IMG/VR virus record: IMGVR_UViG_3300006810_006497
Coordinates: 3,918-67,917 of that record
DNA from: a virus
Length of the DNA stretch: 64,000 nucleotides
Direction: 5' to 3' (one strand)
Within the stretch, counting starts at the first letter, position 1, and each line of letters starts with the position of its first letter. Of this stretch, positions 1 to 9,327 are shown piece after piece. The position numbers and the translations under genes were made by a program. The notes below the pieces were generated by a model. That model was not told where the DNA came from. It made no database searches and worked only from the letters and a program-made list of their open reading frames with translations.

Positions 1-279
1 GATGGCTCCGCAGAATGATGTAGCCCCCGCCGAACCAAACGAAAGGGAGAGGTCAAGGCTCATCTTTGATGACACACCAGGTATAGGGGTTTCATCATCT
101 GCGATGACACCATCAACGGTGATTGATACGCTTGGTTGATTGAGATCCAAGGCTGCACGGGTTGCGAGCAGAGGGATTGGATATGGCCCCGTGATGGTTC
201 GTTGCACCGAGATCCCAATGTTGGTGGCTTCCAACTCAACAACCCCTCCATCTCGACGGATTAACTGAATCTTTGGCAT
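1..279 (-). CDS. tail protein downstream of the tape measure (Dit/hub-like), truncated at window edge
   Basis: ATG at 279 overlaps the TMP stop (TGATG). The frame is open to position 1: MPKIQLIRRDGGVVELEATNIGISVQRTIT... Not in the ORF track. Function inferred from position. Confidence 0.55.
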   Translation of the reverse strand, partial: MPKIQLIRRDGGVVELEATNIGISVQRTITGPYPIPLLATRAALDLNQPSVSITVDGVIADDETPIPGVSSKMSLDLSLSFGSAGATSFCGAI

Positions 280-1661
280 CAAATCACCCCTCTGGTGTAG
301 CCGTTGCCCCTTGAACGGGTTCGCATAACCTTGCTCACTTCATCGCTCACGGCCTTGGCGATCTCCTTAGCGTTGCCGCCACCGCTGACGTTGATTGTGA
401 TGTTGGTTTGGCCTCCGCCGCCTCCAATGTCGCCTTTGATCGAAACAGGGATGGTTCGGCCATCAGGGAGAGGCACGACTGCCTCAGTCCCGTGCAGAGC
501 AACTGGGTAGCCGCTTGTTGGCCCAGAGGCAACGCCACCATCGCTGAAACCGAGCATATCGGCAGCACCGCCCAAAAGACCTCCACCAATGTCCAATACC
601 TTCGACGCCCCGTCGAGGATGAATGTGATAACTTCGAGAACAGGGTCAAGGAATGCCATGATGCTATCGCTTGCACCGCTGAAATAAGTCGTAAGACTCG
701 TGAGCATTGACACCGCCCCCTCCAAAATCAAGCCGAGAATCCCTGTGATGATGCGAACAATTGGGTTTAGGAAGTCAAACACAGCCTTGACGAAACGAAC
801 CAAAGGCGGGCCAATGACCCCCCAAATCCGAATGAAAAGGGCAATTGCTTGAGCAGCCAAGATCACAATAAGTCCCCAAATCGTAAAGAAGGTTTCAATC
901 AATTTGACGAAGAACTCCATCAAGCCGCTGCTAAACAACCAGCCGATCACATAGTCAAAGGCAGACTGAATGCCGTTCAACACATCATCCATGGTGGCTC
1001 CTGTTGAAGTGATCGCATCCACGATGATGTTGTATCCAACAGCGAATGCCCCTAAGAACATCGCAACCGCACCCATAATTCGTTCAAGCATCCCTGCCTC
1101 ATTCATCTTAGCAACGATTTTACCGATGCTTTCAATGACAATTGCAATCACGCTTAGGTACACGATAACAATGTTCCCTAATGCATCCAATATAGACTGC
1201 AAAGCGGGCATGACCACCGCAGAAATTGCCCCCCAATCGGTTGCTCCAACAACAGCCACCAACGCAGAAAAACCGTCCATTAGCGATGAAAGAATCCGTT
1301 TTGCCGCATCGATCACCCCACCCAATACCTCAAAATTAGCAGAACCCTCTCCCGCTTGAGTTGCGAGCAAATACATGGCTGCGCCTACCGCAGCAAAGAC
1401 TCCCAAGATCAAGATCATGGCGGAGTTGATCATACGGAACGCTTTGAGCATAGCACCCAATGGCCCCATTGCGGTTTCGACAGCCTCTCCAGCCTCTTCG
1501 GTCTTCTCGGAGAATGTCCCCATCACCTCGCCAACGGTGTCAAAGTTGTTCTTGACGTTGACGAACAGATCCAAGAAGGGGCCAAACATCTTGTGCAGAG
1601 CCTTGTATTGAATGTTAAGGAGGTTGGCTGACTTGGTGTTTTTCTTGTTGAGCGTGTTCAT
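279..1661 (-). CDS. tail tape measure protein
   Basis: Long hydrophobic/amphipathic helical protein. C-terminal FSDGGVASGP..GYPVALHGTEAVVPL motif is typical of TMP C-termini. Follows the tail chaperones. Confidence 0.8.
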   Translation of the reverse strand: MNTLNKKNTKSANLLNIQYKALHKMFGPFLDLFVNVKNNFDTVGEVMGTFSEKTEEAGEAVETAMGPLGAMLKAFRMINSAMILILGVFAAVGAAMYLLATQAGEGSANFEVLGGVIDAAKRILSSLMDGFSALVAVVGATDWGAISAVVMPALQSILDALGNIVIVYLSVIAIVIESIGKIVAKMNEAGMLERIMGAVAMFLGAFAVGYNIIVDAITSTGATMDDVLNGIQSAFDYVIGWLFSSGLMEFFVKLIETFFTIWGLIVILAAQAIALFIRIWGVIGPPLVRFVKAVFDFLNPIVRIITGILGLILEGAVSMLTSLTTYFSGASDSIMAFLDPVLEVITFILDGASKVLDIGGGLLGGAADMLGFSDGGVASGPTSGYPVALHGTEAVVPLPDGRTIPVSIKGDIGGGGGQTNITINVSGGGNAKEIAKAVSDEVSKVMRTRSRGNGYTRGVI

Positions 1662-1701
1662 CTTTGCAAGCGAGGAAACATAGTCGTCGAGTTGTCCGAT
1701 T

Positions 1702-2067
1702 TCAATCCCCCCTCATCTGCTGATTATGCCTCTCAAAAAAGTCGCCCAGAGCGGCTCCATCGCTTGTTGTGCGTAGTGGTTGCCCCTTATTGCCTCTTCC
1801 GTGCTTCATTTGCCTTTCAGCCTGTTTCTTCATGCGCTCAAGCATCTCCGCCTTTTTGTCGCTGGCGGCACGGACAATCATGTAGTCGAGAAGAACCCTG
1901 TCGGGCGGCTGATCGTCCCAAAAGTGAGGGGGGCAATGAAAGTGAGTCCCAAGTGCGAATGTGATGGCTTGGTACGATAGGATCGTCGTTTGCGTTATGT
2001 CCAGATCAGGACGTTCGCTTTCGTCGGCTTCTTCATCGAGGAACGCGACCAATTCCTCGTACCTCAC
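1702..2067 (-). CDS. tail assembly chaperone, lambda gpT-like (probably made as a -1 frameshift extension)
   Basis: Lies between the chaperone and the TMP, in the -1 frame of 2064..2420, immediately after a C CCT TTG slippery heptamer. Confidence 0.7.
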   Translation of the reverse strand: MRYEELVAFLDEEADESERPDLDITQTTILSYQAITFALGTHFHCPPHFWDDQPPDRVLLDYMIVRAASDKKAEMLERMKKQAERQMKHGRGNKGQPLRTTSDGAALGDFFERHNQQMRGD

Positions 2068-2420
2068 TCCAAAGGGGAGATGCCACCTGCAAATTGCCCA
2101 ATGATCTCATTGAGATCGGGGAGAACCGTTCGGATGACATTTCCCACATCGGGGTGGAGGTTGAGGAGATCCTTCTTTGAAAGTGCTGGCTCAGTTTCGA
2201 CGACGCAGTTGGTCAGAACATAACGCCAATACCCGCCCAAATCAATATCAGGTGCAACAGAGCCATCATCAGTAGTCTTGAAAGAAACGAATCGGGACAT
2301 GGCGTCCTGTTGCTCAACCCATGAGAGGGGCTTGACATGAACAATCAACTCCCCCATTGGGGTTTCGAGAACGTGTCGTGTTGGGGTGTTGCTGAGGATG
2401 AAAGCATCACGCTTCGGCAT
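2064..2420 (-). CDS. tail assembly chaperone, lambda gpG-like
   Basis: 118 aa, between tail tube and TMP. Ends with an X XXY YYZ site two codons before the stop. Confidence 0.7.
   Translation of the reverse strand: MPKRDAFILSNTPTRHVLETPMGELIVHVKPLSWVEQQDAMSRFVSFKTTDDGSVAPDIDLGGYWRYVLTNCVVETEPALSKKDLLNLHPDVGNVIRTVLPDLNEIIGQFAGGISPLE
2070..2076 (-). other. -1 ribosomal frameshift slippery site C CCT TTG
   Basis: Minus strand reads TCC CCT TTG GAG TGA. A -1 slip gives CCC TTT GGA GTG AGG TAC, in frame with 1702..2067. Confidence 0.7.
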
Positions 2421-2772
2421 CTTCGCTCACCTCTTCGCCCTCGGTTTCAACGACTTCGCCTTCTGCATCGCTCTTGAGAAGCCGAAGGATCAGGTCGCTC
2501 TTGTTGCCGTAGTTGGGCAGACCCCGCTGCTCCAAAAGCACACGGAGTTCGGTGTTGGTCATGCCGTCATATTCCGACGACTGTGAGGTGATGACTTCCT
2601 CAACGGCTTGTTGCAAAGGCTCGCCGTCTTCGCCCACATAGGTTGGGAGGTTGACGAACACCTTCACGTTATCAGCCGAGAGGCCAACGCTGTGTTCAAC
2701 TTCTGTTCCCGTGATCGACCAGTCAACTGGCACACGTTGTCCGTTCACAATGACAAATCCAACAATTCTCAT
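2407..2772 (-). CDS. SAP/HeH domain protein
   Basis: YDGMTNTELRVLLEQRGLPNYGNKSDLILRL matches the SAP motif. Confidence 0.7.
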   Translation of the reverse strand: MRIVGFVIVNGQRVPVDWSITGTEVEHSVGLSADNVKVFVNLPTYVGEDGEPLQQAVEEVITSQSSEYDGMTNTELRVLLEQRGLPNYGNKSDLILRLLKSDAEGEVVETEGEEVSEDAEA

Positions 2773-2796
2773 GGTTATCCCTATCCGTTTTTTGGT

Positions 2797-2809
2797 CTTA
2801 AAGACTCAC
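2797..2809 (-). promoter_or_regulatory. putative promoter GTGAGTCTTTAAG
   Basis: TATA-like TTTAAG 25 nt upstream of ATG 2772. The GTGAGTCTT prefix recurs at 55206, 60184 and 62177. Confidence 0.45.
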
Positions 2810-2811
2810 CA

Positions 2812-4992
2812 TCAAAGGGTGAAATATGGAGAGTTTTCCTCAACCTTCAAGTGGCGAACCAACAAATCGACCTCAACAACGACTGCGCCTTTGTCATCAG
2901 GAACCTGGTGATCTGCCTTGACGATGGTGTAGTCCTCCAAGGTGATAGTAGCCGATTCACGAGTTGCGTTCGTACCTCGCTTCTTCAATCGCAACACGAT
3001 GTCGTTGGTGTTGACATGGTGCTTTCGAGTGCGAACCTGTTCCCACAGCCTGTCGTCTTCAACGATAGCAGAGAAGCGGAAGGTGTAGGCTCGCTTCGAT
3101 TCGGTGATCTCAAGAGGGGCTTGGGTGTTGCCAACCTGCACTTGATCGGAATCGGCTTGAACGCCTTCGTATCCTCGGATGTAGTGGCGGGCTTGGTTGC
3201 CGTTGGTGATTTGGAACTCGAACTGCGTACCGCGCAGCACAGGCGCACCAAACACCTCAATGGAGATGTCTTGGAAGAGGTATGGCTTCTCGCCGTCCAC
3301 GGCGATGCCAGATACCTTACGGTTGGCGGCGGTGTTTGCCGTGTCCTCAAACATACGGTGAGGCGACATCACGCCAGCCGTGTCCGTGTAGTGTCGAGTT
3401 GCCTCGTAGGACAGATCCATTTTCAACTCGCCTTCGGTGTTGGCGTTGATCGTAGCAGACTCAACCTTGCATCCGTTGTAAAGGCGAAGCAGTTGACCAT
3501 CACCAGGAGAGGCGTCGGTTCGACGGAACGACTGCTCGATCATGAAGGTGGGTAGGCGAGTTGCGCCGAACATTGTGTGGGTGATGCCGTTCTGCAACTC
3601 TTTTGAGGACGACACGATGTTGGGGCTTCCTCGCTTGCCATCGGAAAGGTAAGTCAGTCGCTCAACGCCACATGAATCGATTGCGTGTGCGAATTGGAAT
3701 GGCTCCTCAACATAGAGGTATGCGCCGCTGATTCCAATGACTCGACGGATCTCGTGCTTAAACACGGTCGGCAAAGTTGCATCTGCGCCAGGGATTGAGA
3801 AGGTATCCTTGTCAACGATGGAGATGTATTCGCCCACGGTGAACAAAGCCGCATTGGTCGCCCCAATGTCCACCCGCATATCGCCAATCGAAACGGCGGC
3901 GACGATCTTAGGAAGCAAAGCAACAACGCCGCCCGCTCTCGCATCAGCGAGTGCGCCTGTGGTGATGTCCAAACAACCCGAAAGAACGGTCGTTGCCGCA
4001 CCCGTGTACGAGCCATATTTGATGTCGTTGTCATTGGCGTTCTTTGCCACTTTGAAGATGCCTCCATCACCGAGCGTACCCGTGAGGTGAATGGTATCAA
4101 AGTTGGCTCCAAGGGTGATTGAGGTGTCCGTTGCATGGGTTGCTGAGGTCAATCCGATTAACACTTCGTCATCGACGAGGCCAGCAGCAATGCCAGTCAT
4201 CGTTGTTCCAGAAATAGCGGTGATAGCGTCTTGATCAGCAGTAGCCAAGCCCACGCCTTGAGCAGCACATCCAACCAAAGCCCCTGCCGCATCTTTGAGA
4301 TGCAGGGGCCGTGCTGTGCGGATGGTGTCAGCGGCAGATGCGCTCGACAACTCACCAGTTGTGGAGATGGAACTAACGCCACCAAGGGCGTATTTGAGCC
4401 ATCGGAGTGAGTGAGCGTTGAGCGACATGGAACCGCCAGCGAGCGTTTCTTTACCGCTGGTGAGGAGGTTCACATCTCGACCCATGCCAATGACGTGCTG
4501 TTGGCGAACGTCAATCTCAGGTTCAGGGAGGCTGAACGAATCGAGGAGTCCAAAGAATTGGTCTGTTCGGACTCGCTGCGAAGCGTCAGTCATGCCGCTA
4601 TCAAAGGTTGGGCATTGAATGGGGTGGATCGTGAGGATGTCAGCGACTCCAGCATTCCCCGCGCTTGAAACCAAAGCAGGTTGAACCGTGATGGTGTTGC
4701 TGGTCGTGTCGTTGCCGATGATGTAGTAAGAGCGTCGAGATGATGCATAGTCATCGGAGCCAAAATCGGTTCCTCCGCTGATGGTTAGCACACAGCCCAC
4801 CAATGCGTTATCAGGGAGCAAAAGGGTGGTTGACTGCCAAACAGCGGTGCTGCCGATTGTGATCAACGAGGTGTTGCCCGTGGATGAGGTCAAGGCCCAA
4901 CCAGTTGCATCACCCGTGCCGTCCAGCACCAGTCCCGTTTCTTTACCCCATGACACTTCTGCGATGTCGCCCTTGAATACCGTGTTCACCAT
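2812..4992 (-). CDS. major tail tube protein with large insertion
   Basis: Tube-like N-terminus (FKGDIAEVSWGKET). Tube-like C-terminal half (LPTFMIEQSF, YNGCKVESATIN, FEFQITNG). Position between terminator and chaperones. Confidence 0.7.
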   Translation of the reverse strand: MVNTVFKGDIAEVSWGKETGLVLDGTGDATGWALTSSTGNTSLITIGSTAVWQSTTLLLPDNALVGCVLTISGGTDFGSDDYASSRRSYYIIGNDTTSNTITVQPALVSSAGNAGVADILTIHPIQCPTFDSGMTDASQRVRTDQFFGLLDSFSLPEPEIDVRQQHVIGMGRDVNLLTSGKETLAGGSMSLNAHSLRWLKYALGGVSSISTTGELSSASAADTIRTARPLHLKDAAGALVGCAAQGVGLATADQDAITAISGTTMTGIAAGLVDDEVLIGLTSATHATDTSITLGANFDTIHLTGTLGDGGIFKVAKNANDNDIKYGSYTGAATTVLSGCLDITTGALADARAGGVVALLPKIVAAVSIGDMRVDIGATNAALFTVGEYISIVDKDTFSIPGADATLPTVFKHEIRRVIGISGAYLYVEEPFQFAHAIDSCGVERLTYLSDGKRGSPNIVSSSKELQNGITHTMFGATRLPTFMIEQSFRRTDASPGDGQLLRLYNGCKVESATINANTEGELKMDLSYEATRHYTDTAGVMSPHRMFEDTANTAANRKVSGIAVDGEKPYLFQDISIEVFGAPVLRGTQFEFQITNGNQARHYIRGYEGVQADSDQVQVGNTQAPLEITESKRAYTFRFSAIVEDDRLWEQVRTRKHHVNTNDIVLRLKKRGTNATRESATITLEDYTIVKADHQVPDDKGAVVVEVDLLVRHLKVEENSPYFTL

Positions 4993-5002
4993 TTATCTCG
5001 CC

Positions 5003-5443
5003 TCATGTGATTGTTTCCAGAACTTCGCTGAATGTGATGACTTCCGCTTGGAGTGTGTATCGGAAAAGCCCCTTGCTACGATCCGACAAGTCGGTTCTCG
5101 TCTTGAAGATTATCCTGTCAAAATCGTTCTCATTGCCCTTTCGGAACTTATGGATGATACGCCGAGCCTCATCTCGCAACTTGCTGAGTCGATCACGGCC
5201 TTTGGATGTGCGGATGTCGATGGTGAGGTTGACGTGAACATTCACGAAGTCAAAGAGCAACTCTGGCTGTGCTTCGTTGTGAGCCGTTTCAAAAATACGG
5301 ATGACGTCTTGGTCTTGAAGACGGGTACGCTTTCCCTCTCCTCGATCAAGAACGGCGATGTCCTCAATCGATGGCTTAGGCGATAGATTCCAGTTGGCGT
5401 TGAGAAGATCTCGAACGGCGAGGATTGCATCTTTTGCCATCAA
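5003..5443 (-). CDS. putative tail terminator/completion protein
   Basis: 146 aa alpha/beta protein directly upstream of the tail tube gene. Confidence 0.55.
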   Translation of the reverse strand: MMAKDAILAVRDLLNANWNLSPKPSIEDIAVLDRGEGKRTRLQDQDVIRIFETAHNEAQPELLFDFVNVHVNLTIDIRTSKGRDRLSKLRDEARRIIHKFRKGNENDFDRIIFKTRTDLSDRSKGLFRYTLQAEVITFSEVLETIT

Positions 5444-5718
5444 ATCAACCTCTTCATCTTCTGCACTTTCTCATTGATCTTCAACGAAAAGTGGTTGTTG
5501 TTTAGTCGAGCGGCGACGATGGCCTTCATCTCCTCTTCGGTGTATTCGAGGCCCATCTCCTCATTGAGCATCTTCTCCTCTTCAAGCATTCTAGCTTCCA
5601 AATCCCTAACACCGCCATTGATGGCTTCGTCAGCCAACTTACCGATGTCCTCTGCGAGTTGAATCATCTTCTCATGATTCGCAATGAGGGCGAGAAGAAC
5701 AACGGCCACCTCAGCCAC
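5440..5718 (-). CDS. hypothetical neck-region protein
   Basis: Acidic helical ORF. Start moved to a GTG near 5718/5709 because the longer ORF overlaps the upstream gene. Confidence 0.5.
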   Translation of the reverse strand: MAEVAVVLLALIANHEKMIQLAEDIGKLADEAINGGVRDLEARMLEEEKMLNEEMGLEYTEEEMKAIVAARLNNNHFSLKINEKVQKMKRLI

Positions 5719-7297
5719 CCATCCCTGCAACAATGATGGACTCTTGGTACGGCACAAGCATCCGCTTGACCTCCTCCTCCATCTTTTGCATTTTGGCGTT
5801 GAGATCCACGTTTTGAGATCCTTCTGGGAATAGCACCGTGTAGTCATCGGTCATCATGATGTCAATTGCCACCATTTTGATGCAGACTTCTTTGATCGTC
5901 TTGTCGAGATAGCGTTCGCCATAGATGTAAGACACCTTCAACGAATGATTCTCGTAAAATGGGTATTGGTTGTTGAACATAATTGCTCCGTTGTCTTCCA
6001 TCGACCACCAGTCATATTGACGCTCCTCGTCATTCATGTCAATGTTCAAGCGTTGTTGCTTGACAACAACATCAGCGGCCAATGCAGCGATTGCCCCCGT
6101 GGTCAACTCTTCAACAACCGTGAAGTCGTTCCCTGATCGAGAACATCGGGCAACATGGGTCGTCCCGCTCACGGTGTAATACACCAAACCGTGAGTCTTT
6201 GTGAAGGCAGAAGCATCTGGGATGGTGAACCCGCCGAGGCCATCGACTGACGAGATGGTTGCTTGAACACCAGTCCCCAATGAAAAAGTGAACACATCTG
6301 GGTTGGTTGTAGCGATGGTGTTGGACTCTCCTTCCTCAGTTGAGCGCATCGATGAGATCACAATTTTGCCATCGCCCTCATCGCTGTTTGCCGCAGCGAG
6401 ATATTCGTTGTTCACATAGAGTTGCTTGCCGTATTCCTCAAGTGTTCCGATAGCGATGGCAGTTCGAGAAGTGGCTGCGTCTTTGTTGATGAGGTTGGCA
6501 ATGTTTTGAGCAATGGTCTTCGATCCAAAGTCCGACTGCCATTGTCCGTTGCCTGTGCCGCTTTGTAGCGTTGCGGTGTGAGATGTACCGTTGCATAGGA
6601 AGATCTTCTCCGTGCCAGCCAATTGGGTTGAATCGCCAACCTTCATGCACGTTCGAGCGGCTCCCAACTCTCGATAATAGTCGCTTTGCCACACACCAAG
6701 GCGTAGGATTCGTTGAAGTGAGCGATGCCTCAAATAGACTGCACCGACATAATCGGTGTAGTAGCGGCGACGGTATGGCTTGAATGTGGTGAAGTTTTGG
6801 TATTCGTCCACAACGATTCGAGGACGCCATGCCATGCGGCACACCTGGTCGATGTAGTCCTGCTTTTTACGGATGAGGTTCTCCACGTGTGATCGCGTGA
6901 GGCCACGCTCTTGACTGTTGGTCAATGCATGATTGATTTGGATCTGCGCGTTGGCAGCGGTCGTGAAGGACTCCGATGCCTCAGCAGTTGCTTTGACTGC
7001 GACGTTGCCACCACCAATGCTCTCCGTACCAGATACGGTGTAGGATTTGCCCATGGCGTCGGCATCATCGTACACGGTGATCTTGGTCGTGGTGTCGAAC
7101 TTCCATCGGCGGTATTCGGCCCCGCTCACGGGGAAAAAGATCACGCCGTCCGTGATGAACGAGTCATCCGACAATGAGATCGGATCAGGAAGGGGCAGTT
7201 GAAGAAACTCCGCAACCTCGTCAACGGAGCAATACACCAACTCATCGGGTTCCAGCGGCGAACTGGGGCGATGACCAGGGTTGAAGACTTGAGGCAT
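5711..7297 (-). CDS. head-tail adaptor (SPP1 gp15/HK97 gp6-like) with beta-rich insertions
   Basis: YCSVDEVAEFL ... LIRKKQDYIDQVC ... VSYIYG ... IKEVCIKMVAIDI adaptor pattern. Confidence 0.6.
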   Translation of the reverse strand: MPQVFNPGHRPSSPLEPDELVYCSVDEVAEFLQLPLPDPISLSDDSFITDGVIFFPVSGAEYRRWKFDTTTKITVYDDADAMGKSYTVSGTESIGGGNVAVKATAEASESFTTAANAQIQINHALTNSQERGLTRSHVENLIRKKQDYIDQVCRMAWRPRIVVDEYQNFTTFKPYRRRYYTDYVGAVYLRHRSLQRILRLGVWQSDYYRELGAARTCMKVGDSTQLAGTEKIFLCNGTSHTATLQSGTGNGQWQSDFGSKTIAQNIANLINKDAATSRTAIAIGTLEEYGKQLYVNNEYLAAANSDEGDGKIVISSMRSTEEGESNTIATTNPDVFTFSLGTGVQATISSVDGLGGFTIPDASAFTKTHGLVYYTVSGTTHVARCSRSGNDFTVVEELTTGAIAALAADVVVKQQRLNIDMNDEERQYDWWSMEDNGAIMFNNQYPFYENHSLKVSYIYGERYLDKTIKEVCIKMVAIDIMMTDDYTVLFPEGSQNVDLNAKMQKMEEEVKRMLVPYQESIIVAGMGG

Positions 7298-7314
7298 TCA
7301 TTCAACTCCGTATC

Positions 7315-7629
7315 TCAACTGTGGTGGCTCCCCATGTTGAAATACATTGTTGCGCCACAAACCGCACACTCTGGAGTCCAACAGAAATGGAGAAGCCCAC
7401 ATGAAGTGCATCGAGTCCCCGATCCAATGTTTTGAATGTCCCTCGATTGTTTCTTGTCAACTTTGACGAGGCGTGTTGCTGCGTTTGCCATGTTCTCACG
7501 GCTAAACGGAGATTGATCCTCAGCGATCTGACCTGCTGAGGTCATGACTTCAAGCATACGCTTGTTGCGCCGCTTGTGAATCTCCATCGATGTTTCGAGA
7601 TCGATGTGGCCTGTTTGCATTCGAGCCAA
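7315..7629 (-). CDS. zinc-ribbon protein
   Basis: CTSCG-x8-CAVCG. Confidence 0.6.
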   Translation of the reverse strand: MARMQTGHIDLETSMEIHKRRNKRMLEVMTSAGQIAEDQSPFSRENMANAATRLVKVDKKQSRDIQNIGSGTRCTSCGLLHFCWTPECAVCGATMYFNMGSHHS

Positions 7630-7643
7630 AGGGGTTCACCCCC

Positions 7644-7994
7644 TCATGCACGTGCGCCCGTGATCATGACTCGAAGAATGACACCAGTTCCAAGACCGAT
7701 GTCCCCAGAGAGGTCGAGTCCGACAGCAGGGGTGAGGGGGATGTTTGCACCGCCAGCATCGGCAGGGTCAGTTTGAACATACGCTTGGATCTTGTTCAAG
7801 GTTCGGTCGTATTCAAACACAAAGCCGCCTTGATTCTCAATGTGAACCATGTCGGGGTTTGCAACCCATTCGCTGGCATCGAAATCAATGCCTGGTGCGG
7901 GCCACGAGGTTGCATCGGTCGCCACCTTCAACGAAACCGTCAAGCGGTTCCCTGACACATTCGTTCGTCCTTGTTGCTGCGTTTCAACGGCCAT
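7644..7994 (-). CDS. hypothetical virion protein
   Basis: Beta-rich ORF in the head module with a GAGGAG SD. Confidence 0.55.
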   Translation of the reverse strand: MAVETQQQGRTNVSGNRLTVSLKVATDATSWPAPGIDFDASEWVANPDMVHIENQGGFVFEYDRTLNKIQAYVQTDPADAGGANIPLTPAVGLDLSGDIGLGTGVILRVMITGARA

Positions 7995-8015
7995 GTTATC
8001 TCCTCAGTCGGTTTT

Positions 8016-8025
8016 CCTATTTAAG
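8016..8025 (-). promoter_or_regulatory. putative late promoter CTTAAATAGG
   Basis: TATA-like box ending 22 nt upstream of ATG 7994. Same box and spacing at 11886 and 32768. Confidence 0.5.
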
Positions 8026-8031
8026 ATGATT

Positions 8032-8556
8032 TCACTCAGTTATGATCACAACACGGATTGTCCCCGTGGGTTCGAGAATGTTTGGTGCATCAACGAAACA
8101 GTTGATGCGGCATTGCCCAACCAACAGGCCGTTCCATGCGGCAGGTTCGTCAATCGAATGCAATTCGCTTGCAGCAGTTGACGGAGCCGAAACAGCGAAA
8201 TGAAGTGAATGGGTTCCAGCGGTGCTACCTTTGTTTGCACCAGGCGTGGTTTCGAGATAGATCACTTGATCCGCTCCAGATCCAGCATAATTCAAACCAC
8301 GAATCTCATCAAAGAAGGTGTATTCCGTGGATCCGTCATCCTCGATGTCCATGGAGATGGTGAACTTGCCAATGGCTCCAGAACCAATTAAGTATGCTGA
8401 TCGAGAGGCATCAATGATGACTTTGCTCACTTTACCATTGAAGAAGGCAGTCGTTGAGAACCCGTTTGCTCCGTTCAACGTGAAGACTCGACGATTGATA
8501 CGTGTACGACTGAGATAATTCTCGCCATCGCTGATGTCCGAGAAGTTGTCAGTCAT
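8032..8556 (-). CDS. hypothetical virion protein
   Basis: Beta-rich ORF in the head module. Confidence 0.55.
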   Translation of the reverse strand: MTDNFSDISDGENYLSRTRINRRVFTLNGANGFSTTAFFNGKVSKVIIDASRSAYLIGSGAIGKFTISMDIEDDGSTEYTFFDEIRGLNYAGSGADQVIYLETTPGANKGSTAGTHSLHFAVSAPSTAASELHSIDEPAAWNGLLVGQCRINCFVDAPNILEPTGTIRVVIITE

Positions 8557-8561
8557 TCAAC

Positions 8562-8918
8562 TCACGCTCCGAGTTTAGCCAAAAGGTCAGCCTTTTTGTC
8601 GGAGTTGCTGGTTTCGATCCCACGCTCTTTGCAAAGAGCCATCAGTTTGGCACGAGTCAGCGAGGACAGATCCTCAGCGGGTTCCTCAGCCTTTGGAGCC
8701 TCGACCACTTCCTTCATGGCAGCGGTTTTCTTTTCCTCGGCATCACTCACGACAGTCCAAGCAGTTGAACCTGCGTCGATGGCGGAGAGGATTCGCTCCT
8801 CGACCCATGCCTCGGGAAGATCCGTTCGAGGCGAACCACGAGCGAAGCCCATGCGGATGCCGTTGACGTTGTATTCGATGTACGGTTTGCCACCTGTGTA
8901 GGTGATGGTGTATCCCAT
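8562..8918 (-). CDS. HeH/Rho-N-like domain protein
   Basis: C-terminal DLSSLTRAKLMALCKERGIETSNSDKKADLLAKL. Confidence 0.65.
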   Translation of the reverse strand: MGYTITYTGGKPYIEYNVNGIRMGFARGSPRTDLPEAWVEERILSAIDAGSTAWTVVSDAEEKKTAAMKEVVEAPKAEEPAEDLSSLTRAKLMALCKERGIETSNSDKKADLLAKLGA

Positions 8919-8929
8919 CAGGGAACACC

Positions 8930-9298
8930 TCAACGGTACAAGAATGCAATTCGGAACTTGTCCTCTGCAACGACGCCAGAGTCGGCAGCGAACTTGATCT
9001 CAGTCGAGGTGTGGTCGCCCTGAGCCATGCGGCCAGCAGCGGTCGTAGCGTTGAATCCGTCAAGGACTGCAATGACTTCCGTGCCAGAGACGGCGTTGGT
9101 TGAGAGGGCCAAGTCGTAGGTGGTTGCGACGTTGGATGCCGTCAATTCGACCTCGACGATAGCCATGCTGATCGTGCCAGTTGCGGTGTTCGTACCCATG
9201 GGGGTCTGTTGCCAGTTAGTGTCATCGTTGCCCACACCAGCCCAAAGGGGTGCGTTCATGATCACAGTTCCATTCCCAGTAATGTTTGCGTTTGCCAT
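8930..9298 (-). CDS. putative capsid decoration/minor capsid protein
   Basis: Small T/A/N-rich beta protein directly after the MCP, with highly biased codon usage. Confidence 0.5.
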   Translation of the reverse strand: MANANITGNGTVIMNAPLWAGVGNDDTNWQQTPMGTNTATGTISMAIVEVELTASNVATTYDLALSTNAVSGTEVIAVLDGFNATTAAGRMAQGDHTSTEIKFAADSGVVAEDKFRIAFLYR

Positions 9299-9327
9299 GT
9301 TTCATCATCTCCATGTTTTGTTTGTCC

